DNA of 64,000 nucleotides from Oscillospiraceae bacterium (GTDB lineage Bacteria; Bacillota; Clostridia; Oscillospirales; CAG-272): NCBI GenBank assembly GCA_015063535.1, contig SVTY01000004.1, positions 58,343 to 122,342 of the forward strand, read 5' to 3'. Shown piece by piece: positions 18,664 to 26,618 of this stretch (position 1 is its first letter; each line of letters starts with the position of its first letter). The notes under the pieces were generated by a model. It saw only the letters and a program-made list of their open reading frames with translations, ran no database searches and was not told where the DNA came from. The position numbers and the translations under genes were made by a program.

Positions 18664-21600
18664 ATGGCATATAAAACACGGCAACAGATCTATCAAGAAA
18701 ATCTGGCAAGGAGAGCCGGATATCTGAAATCTCCCGCGCAGCGCAGAGCCGAAGCGCAGGAGCGTCTCAGAGCGGCGCAAGCCGCCAAGCAGGCACAGGC
18801 GCAGGAGGTGGAGACAAAGATCAAGGCGGCATCTGAAAATGTCAATCCGATCTGGCGAACCTTATCAACGGTAAATCGTGTTCATGGCAAGGTCGCCACG
18901 GGTGCGTTGGGGGCGATCGAGGGCTTGGTCGATACGGTGATCGGCATCGGCGGAGCGATCGGCGGTGTCTTTGACGACGACATTCAAGAGGGGGCGCAGA
19001 AGATCATCGCCTACAACGCCACCGAGGAATGGGTGGGCAAGCACATCGACGAGCTGACCAAATATTCCTATACCGAAGGAAACAAGGTCGGCGAGATCAT
19101 CGAGGGCGTGGCATCGGGCGTGGGTCAGATGCTTCCCACTGTGGCGGCGGCAGCCATTACGGGCGGCGGCTCGTTGGCAACCACAGCGGCAACCAAAGCC
19201 GTCAGCCTTGGCGTCACGGCAACCAGTGCCGCAGGCAATGCCATGCAGGATGCCTACAACGAAGGCGCCGACTACTATCAGGGTCTTGCCTACGGCGCCA
19301 CCAGCGGTGCTTTGGAGGCGGTCACCGAAAAGCTCTCGGGCGGAACCATCGGAAGGATCACAGGCGTGGGCAAGGGCTTTGCCGATGATGCACTGAAGAA
19401 CGTGGGCAAAACGGGCATTGCCCGCATTGCCAAGGAAGCCGTCGGCGAGGGCGTGGAGGAAATGATCACCGAAGCGGCAAGCCCTGCCCTGAAGAGCATT
19501 TACAAGGGAAGAGAGGGGCTTCGGGAATACGGCACGCTCGAATTTTACGGACAGGTGGGAGAAGCGGGCCTTGTGGGTGCTCTGACCTCCGTGGCATTCG
19601 GACAGACGGTCGGCAGAGCCACTCTGCGGGGCGGCAATGCGGACATCAACGAAGCATTGGAATCCATCCGAGAGATCGACCAAAAGACCGACAAGCGGAT
19701 CATCACCTCCGATCTGACCGAGCGGGATATGGAAAGCATATCCCGGGCAAAGGGAGAAAACTATCGGAATATCGAGCAGGTGCTGAAGAAGATGGACGGC
19801 GAAAAGCGGGCGAAGATGATGACCCGCTACGGCTTTGACGGTATGTTCGATTCCGATGGCACGCTGAGAGCTGATTTTGCCGCCTCCAACGGCTTTTCGG
19901 TATCGGATGGGAAAGTGGTCGCCAACACGCAGAACCGTGTCACAGAGGCAAATTTACGCTATGTGGCACCGTCTCTGCGGAACAACCGCACCCGCATTGC
20001 CGAGGACTTGGCGGCGATCAATGAACGCCGCAGCGAGGGAAGCGCTCCTGTTGCGGTGTTCGGCGGTACGCTGTCCGCCGAGGGCGAGCAGGCATACAGC
20101 CGCTTGAAGGCGGCTGTGGCGAAGCTGAACCGCAAGGCGAACAGCCGTATCAATGTCACCGTCGTTACCGCCAACCCCGATTTCCAAGGCGTCTCCGTGC
20201 AAAAAAATAACATCTACATTGCTGCAGATGTGTTGGAAAACACCGCCCTTGCTGAACAGCTTGCCAAGCAAGTCGAGCAGACGGAGCAAACCGAGCAAGA
20301 CACAGCTCTTGACAATTTCGCCGAGGTGAGGTATAATAGAAAAAGCGATACCGAAGATTTATATACCGCTACGGATGCTTTTGTAAAAGAGGTTCACTAT
20401 GTGGACAGGCATTCCTTCGCACGAAGTCTTGCCAATAAAACCTCCGATATCCAAGAGGGCGAAACCAAGAATTTACATATTTATTGTGCTAAGAATATTT
20501 ATGTATTTGAAGCAGTCGGATACATGCAGGGTACGATGATTTTTTCGGTAAGTACGGATGCAAAAAAACAAAAAGAAAAAGAGAGAGGGAGATTTTATTA
20601 TGGCACTGACCGAAACCGAAAAGAAACTGATTTTGGAGCTGGCAGAAACCGTATTGAGCGAGGACGATCAAATCACTACACTGACAGTTTTGCAAACAGA
20701 GGAACAGAGAAAGCAAATGATTCGCTTCTTGCAGGAGAATCCCAACGCAACAGAGCAGGAGATTTTGAAAGAAGAAGTGAGGCTAATCAAGATACACGGG
20801 AAGAAGTAGATAGAATTGTTCATGAACTTCGGAAAAAATATGGAGAGGATTCAGCGCAAACAAATAAAATAAGAGATACCGCCGACCGAATTAACGGCCT
20901 TGAGCGCCCCAAACCAAACGAGGGTTACGCTCTAACAAACGGTATCTCTGATGATAGTATATCAGATTCTTCCGAAAAAGTCAATACCGATTCGAAAAAA
21001 ATTTCACATACCCCTATCAACACCGACCACGCCGTGAAAACGCTGATCCACGAAACGACCCACTTTGAAGAGGGAACGCCCGAATATTACGAGTTCATTC
21101 GTTTCCTTGCCGAGGATGAAAGTCTGATCGAGGAAACGATCCAAATGCTTACCGAAGAAAAGACAGGGTATGGCTTTACCAAGGAGCAGGCGAGTGTCGC
21201 CATGCAGAAGTTCGAAAACGGCGAGAAGCTCACCGAGGCGGAGCGGGAATTTATTTCCGAGCTAAACGCCCACGCCTCCGAGAAGCTGCTGGGCGGCAGT
21301 CAGGCGTTCATTGAAAAGTTAATACGGGGCGACAGCACACTGGCAGAGAGGGTGCTGGGCCGCATCACCGACGCTAAGGCGGCATTGGAGAGCCACCGTT
21401 CCCCCACCGCCCGAGGGCAGTATCTGCGCCTGAAGCGTGCGGAGCAACTCTATATGAAAGCCATTTCCGCCGCCGGTATGGGGTACTACAATGGTAAGAT
21501 TACGGTGAGGGAAGAAGAGGAGCAGAAACAGTACAATAGAAAAACTCAGATAGATGATCGGTTACAAATAGAAGTTTTGCGATCTATTGGCAGAAAGAGT

Positions 21601-24600
21601 ATCAATGATTTTACATCGGAGGATATTCAAAAGACAGAATATTGGGCGAGAAAGTTCTATGCGGAGCTTGGAACAAAATCGCCATTTTTCCGTGCGCAGT
21701 TTGGTGATTGGAGAGCACATGATGCGACACCCATTCAATTGATACCGATCACCACTATCAACGTAGAAAATGCTCTTTCGAATATGCCAACAGGAATCTT
21801 TTCAAATAATGATGCTGGCTGGAATATTTCTGTTGGTAGTCTTGGGAAAAATGATACCGTCAGCCATTCAGGCAGAGAAAAGATTTCTGTAAAAATGCTT
21901 TCGGAAATCAAAAAAATTATTGAAAGTGCTGTCCTTCTCGATACCGAAGTATCTGTAAAGGATAGTTCTAAAAAACACAATGAAACTGCTTTTATGCATA
22001 AGCTTTATGCTCCTGTTGTCTACAACGGACAGCACTACATTGCAAAAGTAACAGTTGAAGAGTATGGAAGCAATGAATCAAGCAAGCGTTTTTACAACCT
22101 TCGAGGCATAAAAATAGACCTTGCCGGCGGTACCCCGAATGCAAAAGCATCCTACGGCACAGTGCCAAACACAAGGTCTATAAATAGTATAGCAGACCTG
22201 TTTGCCTTTGTCAAGGAGTATGATAAAAAATTTTCTCCCAAGCCTGTCAATAAAATGCTTTTGAATGTAGATGGAACACCCAAGGTGATGTATCATCAGA
22301 CGGAAGAGAGATTCGATGGTTATAATCCTGATATCAAATTTTCCCGAAAAGAAACTGCGGAAACCGATTTCTTGGCAGAGGCGAAACGTTCCAACGAGAA
22401 AGTCACGATGACCAAAGGACAGTTGGAAAAGCAACGTGCCAATCTGTATGGCGAAAAAGTATTTAGCAAAAAGGATGTTGCCGAAGCGGTGAACGACATT
22501 GAAATTTTGGAGAAAATCGGAAAGAACATTGCCGATCGGAAAAGACCTGAGCTTGAGGCACAGCTGGCGCAAGCGAAAACACAAAAAGAAAAAAGGGCAA
22601 TTGAAACAAGAATAAAATACTTAGAGCAAAATGCGATTGCTGAAATGCGGAACAGATTGACTGACCATTTGTGGACGGGCTTCAACCAAAGACGAGATTC
22701 GCAAGCATATGAAAACTACGCCGAGATCATGTATAAAAAAATACATGCCGAATTTATGAGCGAAACAAACCATGATATGGATACCGATGAAGTTTGGGAG
22801 ATGGACAGGCAGATCGGACAGGCATTGCGGACGATCATCAAGTCCGGCAAGCTTTCCAAATATGAAACCAAAATGCTGGAAACAACGGCGGCATATTGGC
22901 GAGATCAATACAGGCAAGGTCAGGAACGCACCAAGCTTCTCGGTACGCTGATGAATCAAACGCAGAAGCTCAAGGAGCTGAAATCGGGAGCCTTTCTGAA
23001 TGCCTCCGTGTACAAAAGCGACGTGTTCAAGTCCACCGTCGAACAGCTATCACGGATCAATTATCGGGGCAATCTGAATGTCATGGGTACTCGGAAGCTC
23101 ATTGCCGATCTGCTTGACTGGTATCAAAGCGATAATCCAATGCTTGGATATGTGGACGAAGCGAACACCGGCTATTTCCGACAGGAAGTGGCGGATGCCA
23201 TGCGGATGATCGCCGAGGGCGATAAGGGCTTGAGCAATCAGGAGTTGCAGATGCTCGGTGAGGTGATCCTGCCGCATTGCATATTCATTGTGGAAAATTT
23301 CAACAAGGTCTACCGAGAGGGCAAATACATCGAAGCCATGCCCTTGGCAAAAATGTACGTCAAGAAGCTGCAAGCCATGAAGCATCGAAAGGACGGCTTG
23401 ACCAAAAAGTATCTGCGTACCTTTGGCGATCCCGCCTCTCTGATGCGTTATGCCGACGGCTATGACCCGAACGGATTCTTTACGCAAACCTTTGAGGAGC
23501 TCCGAGAGGGAGCGATCGGCGCCTCCGTGACAGAGAGGGAGCTGTTGCGGGAATTTGAAGCCTTCCTCCATGGAAAAGGGAAGGGGGACTATCGCAAGCA
23601 TCTGGAAAAGGATACCGTCACCTATCTCGGCAAAGAGATGTCTGTCCGCCATGCCATCTGCCTGTATATGACACACAAGCGAAAGCAGGCGGTAAAGGGA
23701 TTGTGCCTGTCAGGGATCGAATTGGAGATTGACGGCAATCGTGTGCGCCTGCCGGCATTGATCGCAGAGGATGGAAAAAAGCATTCTGCGCAAGAAATGC
23801 AGGCAACGGTGGATGCCTCCGCTGCGAAACTGCTTGAACAGTTCTCGGAGCAGGACAAGAAGCTGATCGAGATCATGGAAAAAAGCTTTGCTCGGAGCTC
23901 GACTTTAAAAGAAAATACCGATAGGAAGCGTTTTGGATTTTCCAACGTGTTAAAGAGTGGCTATTATTTCCCAATACGTCGGGCAAACGTAGCGCATAAT
24001 GTGGACGAGAGCTTTTTTGCAGAGGTCGACCGTGTGACGCATCTCGGATTTAATAAAGATACCGTGCAGGGAGCGGCGGGAGCTTTGCTGATCGAACCGA
24101 TCGACACAGTATTTACCCGCCACATGAGAGGAATTGCTATGTATGCGAACTTGGCGATTCCTACCGACAATTTCAACCGCTTGCTGAACTTGAACACGGA
24201 AAGCAATCACAATCTGCCGATCAGTGTTCTTTCCGAGATTCAAAGCACAGCCGTAAGCACAGAAATGTTCAAATACCTCAAGGAGCTCAAAGAGAGCATT
24301 GAAGGGGTCAACCGCTCCGAACAGAGTGCCAAGTGGTTCAACCGTGCTGTCGGTCATATTCGCAGCGGCTTTGCCAAGTTCCAGCTCGGCGCCAATGCGA
24401 AGGTGCTCATCACCCAAACATCTTCTTTATTTGCCGCAACAAGTGTGCTGGACTATGATTGTGTCGTCAAGGGACTTGCGATCCAAAACGCCTATGCCGA
24501 GGTCGATACATACTGTCCGCTTGCCATGGTGAGAAATTCGGATAATACCGTTGCGCTGGCGCAGGGTGTTTTGGATAAGACGGGGAAGGTCGGAGATATC

Positions 24601-26133
24601 ATCATGAAGCCGATTGGTGCTGTCGATCGCTTGGTGGTTACCCGCTTATTCGGTGCTTGCCAATATCAGATCGAAAAGAACGGCGGTGCCAAGGTCGGAA
24701 CGGTGGAAAACAAGCAAGCCGCCGGAGAACTGTTGAAAAAGGTGATTTTGGAAACCCAGCAGAATGCCTTGGCAACCGAACGCTCGGCGGCAATGCGGAG
24801 CAGCAATGAGCTGTTGCGATCACTCCCCATGTTCACGGCGGATGCTATGAAGGTATTTGGTCGTGTTCTCGATTCGTTCGGAGAGGTCAAAACACTCCGT
24901 GCGCTGTTGAAGAATCCGAACATATCCGAGTCAGAGAGAGATGCCGTGCGCAAGCGTCTGAAAGAAGCTGAGCGGAACCTGAGAAAATCGGTCGGCGCAT
25001 TGATGACAAACGCCTTGTATATGGCACTGATCGCATATTTCTTTCAATGGCTGTACCGAAAAAACAAGGACGAGGAGCCGGAGGAGCAGGTATTGGCTGT
25101 GGCGTTGGATTTTGTGGGAAATATGATCGGCGGCTTGCCGATCCTCAACGATGTGTATTCCTACTTTACCGACGGATATGAGGTGAGCAATTTCTTTTAC
25201 AGTGCGCTGAACGATACGCTGGAGGGTGCAAACGCCCTCAAGGAGCTGGCAATGGCGGCGGCATCGGGAGAGGAGATATCCAAGCAGGATATCGCATCGA
25301 GTGCCCGCAAAGCGATCTATGCCGCCTGTCAGCTCTTGGGACTCCCCGTGAGAAATGCCTACAATCTGACGGCAGGAATCATCGGACATCTTTCTCCGTC
25401 TGCCGGCTATTGGCTGGATGACCTCTTTTACAAGCAAAGCTACCGTTCCGATCTGAAGGAAGCCATCGAAAACGAGGATGAAAAAATGATCGCCACGATC
25501 GCAGGACTTCTGACCGATGCGAATATCGGCGGACAAAGCAAGACCGTTCGTGCGGAGGTCAGCGGCTTGGTCGCAAAGGGATATACGGGCGTTCTGCCCC
25601 GAAGCCTTGGCGACACCGTGACCTATGACGGAGAGCAGATCGAGCTGACAAAAGCGCAGAAAAAACGATTCAGGGCGATCTATGACATTGCCGATGAGAG
25701 CGTTGAGACGCTGGTGACGCTGTCCTTGTATCGGGAGGCGGAGGATTCCGTCAAAGCCAAGGCGATTCGCTGGATCTATGACACTTACTATTTTTTGGCG
25801 ATGTCGGATGTGCTGGGGATCGAAAGCAGTAAAAATGTTCTGCTTGCGGAAGCCATCGACATAGAGAAGCTGGCGATTATCCTCTGTACCGCCCGAAGCA
25901 TTGAGGCGGACAAGGATCGCTCCGGCAAGTCGATCCAAGGATCGAGAAAGAAAAAGATCATTGCCTATATTGAATCCATGCGGCTTTCCGCCGCACAAAA
26001 ACACATTGTCCTCGGTAGCTTGGGATACAAGCAGACACAGGGAAGGGATAAGGTACAGGCGTATATCAACACACTGAATCTGACTGCCGACGAGAAAAAA
26101 GAGCTGTTGAAATACAGCGGATACGCAGCGTAA
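18664..26133 (+). CDS. Giant polyvalent/internal virion protein (2489 aa) with split HEXXH zincin domain, LPD3-like domain and vestigial ART-like segment
   Basis: G/A-rich amphipathic N-terminus (EGVEEMITE), TLIHETTH, LPD3-like HKLYAPVVYNGQHYIAKVTVEE, FGDW / DGTPKVMYHQT / NPDIKFSRK motifs, helical C-terminus. Confidence 0.85.
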   Translation: MAYKTRQQIYQENLARRAGYLKSPAQRRAEAQERLRAAQAAKQAQAQEVETKIKAASENVNPIWRTLSTVNRVHGKVATGALGAIEGLVDTVIGIGGAIGGVFDDDIQEGAQKIIAYNATEEWVGKHIDELTKYSYTEGNKVGEIIEGVASGVGQMLPTVAAAAITGGGSLATTAATKAVSLGVTATSAAGNAMQDAYNEGADYYQGLAYGATSGALEAVTEKLSGGTIGRITGVGKGFADDALKNVGKTGIARIAKEAVGEGVEEMITEAASPALKSIYKGREGLREYGTLEFYGQVGEAGLVGALTSVAFGQTVGRATLRGGNADINEALESIREIDQKTDKRIITSDLTERDMESISRAKGENYRNIEQVLKKMDGEKRAKMMTRYGFDGMFDSDGTLRADFAASNGFSVSDGKVVANTQNRVTEANLRYVAPSLRNNRTRIAEDLAAINERRSEGSAPVAVFGGTLSAEGEQAYSRLKAAVAKLNRKANSRINVTVVTANPDFQGVSVQKNNIYIAADVLENTALAEQLAKQVEQTEQTEQDTALDNFAEVRYNRKSDTEDLYTATDAFVKEVHYVDRHSFARSLANKTSDIQEGETKNLHIYCAKNIYVFEAVGYMQGTMIFSVSTDAKKQKEKERGRFYYGTDRNRKETDFGAGRNRIERGRSNHYTDSFANRGTEKANDSLLAGESQRNRAGDFERRSEANQDTREEVDRIVHELRKKYGEDSAQTNKIRDTADRINGLERPKPNEGYALTNGISDDSISDSSEKVNTDSKKISHTPINTDHAVKTLIHETTHFEEGTPEYYEFIRFLAEDESLIEETIQMLTEEKTGYGFTKEQASVAMQKFENGEKLTEAEREFISELNAHASEKLLGGSQAFIEKLIRGDSTLAERVLGRITDAKAALESHRSPTARGQYLRLKRAEQLYMKAISAAGMGYYNGKITVREEEEQKQYNRKTQIDDRLQIEVLRSIGRKSINDFTSEDIQKTEYWARKFYAELGTKSPFFRAQFGDWRAHDATPIQLIPITTINVENALSNMPTGIFSNNDAGWNISVGSLGKNDTVSHSGREKISVKMLSEIKKIIESAVLLDTEVSVKDSSKKHNETAFMHKLYAPVVYNGQHYIAKVTVEEYGSNESSKRFYNLRGIKIDLAGGTPNAKASYGTVPNTRSINSIADLFAFVKEYDKKFSPKPVNKMLLNVDGTPKVMYHQTEERFDGYNPDIKFSRKETAETDFLAEAKRSNEKVTMTKGQLEKQRANLYGEKVFSKKDVAEAVNDIEILEKIGKNIADRKRPELEAQLAQAKTQKEKRAIETRIKYLEQNAIAEMRNRLTDHLWTGFNQRRDSQAYENYAEIMYKKIHAEFMSETNHDMDTDEVWEMDRQIGQALRTIIKSGKLSKYETKMLETTAAYWRDQYRQGQERTKLLGTLMNQTQKLKELKSGAFLNASVYKSDVFKSTVEQLSRINYRGNLNVMGTRKLIADLLDWYQSDNPMLGYVDEANTGYFRQEVADAMRMIAEGDKGLSNQELQMLGEVILPHCIFIVENFNKVYREGKYIEAMPLAKMYVKKLQAMKHRKDGLTKKYLRTFGDPASLMRYADGYDPNGFFTQTFEELREGAIGASVTERELLREFEAFLHGKGKGDYRKHLEKDTVTYLGKEMSVRHAICLYMTHKRKQAVKGLCLSGIELEIDGNRVRLPALIAEDGKKHSAQEMQATVDASAAKLLEQFSEQDKKLIEIMEKSFARSSTLKENTDRKRFGFSNVLKSGYYFPIRRANVAHNVDESFFAEVDRVTHLGFNKDTVQGAAGALLIEPIDTVFTRHMRGIAMYANLAIPTDNFNRLLNLNTESNHNLPISVLSEIQSTAVSTEMFKYLKELKESIEGVNRSEQSAKWFNRAVGHIRSGFAKFQLGANAKVLITQTSSLFAATSVLDYDCVVKGLAIQNAYAEVDTYCPLAMVRNSDNTVALAQGVLDKTGKVGDIIMKPIGAVDRLVVTRLFGACQYQIEKNGGAKVGTVENKQAAGELLKKVILETQQNALATERSAAMRSSNELLRSLPMFTADAMKVFGRVLDSFGEVKTLRALLKNPNISESERDAVRKRLKEAERNLRKSVGALMTNALYMALIAYFFQWLYRKNKDEEPEEQVLAVALDFVGNMIGGLPILNDVYSYFTDGYEVSNFFYSALNDTLEGANALKELAMAAASGEEISKQDIASSARKAIYAACQLLGLPVRNAYNLTAGIIGHLSPSAGYWLDDLFYKQSYRSDLKEAIENEDEKMIATIAGLLTDANIGGQSKTVRAEVSGLVAKGYTGVLPRSLGDTVTYDGEQIELTKAQKKRFRAIYDIADESVETLVTLSLYREAEDSVKAKAIRWIYDTYYFLAMSDVLGIESSKNVLLAEAIDIEKLAIILCTARSIEADKDRSGKSIQGSRKKKIIAYIESMRLSAAQKHIVLGSLGYKQTQGRDKVQAYINTLNLTADEKKELLKYSGYAA
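20309..20337 (+). promoter_or_regulatory. Intragenic perfect sigma-A promoter
   Basis: TTGACA (20309-20314), 17 bp, TATAAT (20332-20337), encoded in frame as LDNFAEVRYN. Confidence 0.8.
20600..20809 (+). CDS. Overprinted 69-aa helical protein in the +1 frame of the giant gene (candidate immunity/antitoxin)
   Basis: RBS agagggag 8 nt before ATG 20600; MALTETEKKLILELAETVLSEDDQITTLTVLQTEEQRKQMIRFLQENPNATEQEILKEEVRLIKIHGKK; main frame here is R/G/E-rich and disorder-like; downstream of the internal promoter. Confidence 0.7.
   Translation: MALTETEKKLILELAETVLSEDDQITTLTVLQTEEQRKQMIRFLQENPNATEQEILKEEVRLIKIHGKK
20857..20950 (-). ncRNA. Intragenic antisense structured small RNA 1
   Basis: Perfect 10-bp end-to-end stem agagataccg (20872-20881)/cggtatctct (20940-20949), two internal hairpins, U-rich tail; starts just downstream of the promoter at 20956-20984. 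Confidence 0.6.
20956..20984 (-). promoter_or_regulatory. Intragenic antisense sigma-A promoter 1
   Basis: Minus strand TTGACT (20984-20979), 17 bp, TGaTATACT (-10 at 20961-20956). Confidence 0.7.
22108..22181 (-). ncRNA. Intragenic antisense structured small RNA 2
   Basis: Perfect 10-bp stem atagaccttg (22114-22123)/caaggtctat (22172-22181); internal hairpins ggca/tgcc, ggatgc-tttt-gcattc and cgg/ccg; followed by a short U-run on the minus strand. Confidence 0.6.
22186..22214 (-). promoter_or_regulatory. Intragenic antisense sigma-A promoter 2
   Basis: Minus strand TTGACA (22214-22209), 17 bp, TGcTATACT (-10 at 22191-22186). Confidence 0.75.
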
Positions 26134-26166
26134 AAAAGGGGGAACCGTTCAGGTTCCCCTCACTTT
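26132..26166 (+). terminator. Terminator after the late operon
   Basis: ggggaacc/ggttcccc hairpin right after the stop codon, preceded by an A-run. Confidence 0.55.
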
Positions 26167-26240
26167 ATCCTTGTAAATATACTATATGATATTGAATTGT
26201 GCGGAATTTTGCCGAATTGTACTTTTTTTCTCAAAATGTA

Positions 26241-26269
26241 TTGACAAATTCACACAGTGATGATATAAT
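26241..26269 (+). promoter_or_regulatory. Sigma-A promoter of the antitoxin RNA
   Basis: TTGACA (26241-26246), 17 bp, TGaTATAAT (26264-26269). Confidence 0.85.
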
Positions 26270-26274
26270 TAAAA

Positions 26275-26358
26275 ACAGAGGAGCACCGATGACGGTTGCT
26301 TCTCCAGTTAAGTTAAAATAACCGCCTTGGTTCGAAGCAGAGGCGGTTATTTCTTTTT
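26275..26358 (+). ncRNA. Type I antitoxin RNA overlapping the toxin 3' end
   Basis: No ORF; ends in terminator aaataaccgcct/aggcggttattt plus T-run, overlapping the toxin stop codon. Confidence 0.7.
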
Positions 26359-26430
26359 ATGATCGATGTATGTGAGTAGGGCAAGTATAAATCCTGCAAT
26401 CAGGAACAACTGCTCGATCGTCAAGTACAT
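26347..26430 (-). CDS. Type I toxin, 27-aa single-TM peptide (holin-like toxin type)
   Basis: MYLTIEQLFLIAGFILALLTYIDHKKK; SD ggaggtg; convergent antisense RNA. Confidence 0.8.
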   Translation of the reverse strand: MYLTIEQLFLIAGFILALLTYIDHKKK

Positions 26431-26542
26431 TGGCATCACCTCCCCGTTTTGTCGGGAAGGCAAAAAGAAATCTGCGTTCCCGAGAATCGGGAAGCAACCG
26501 CCACCGAAATTTGGTGTCCCTCTGGGCATTACTGCCATTCAT

Positions 26543-26571
26543 AGTATAACACAGTCAAGCGGATTTGTCAA
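26543..26571 (-). promoter_or_regulatory. Sigma-A promoter of the toxin mRNA
   Basis: Minus strand TTGACA (26571-26566), 17 bp, TGtTATACT (26548-26543). Confidence 0.8.
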
Positions 26572-26618
26572 GAGAAAACCGCACAAAAGGGAGGGGGAGC
26601 TTGAAGCTCCCCCTTGGG

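Noticed and set aside
20239-21025. Intein or self-splicing intron as the explanation for the insertion
   Set aside because: No Cys/Ser start with His-Asn end at the junctions, no homing endonuclease motif, and no recognisable group I/II intron elements.
21505-21545. Second sense intragenic promoter at gtacaataga (KQYNRK)
   Set aside because: The -10-like TACAAT has no -35 hexamer at 16-18 bp and no extended TG.
22108-22181. Calling the antisense RNAs true tRNAs
   Set aside because: No canonical T-loop, 7-nt anticodon loop or CCA; closing stems are 10 bp, so they are only tRNA-like in overall branching.
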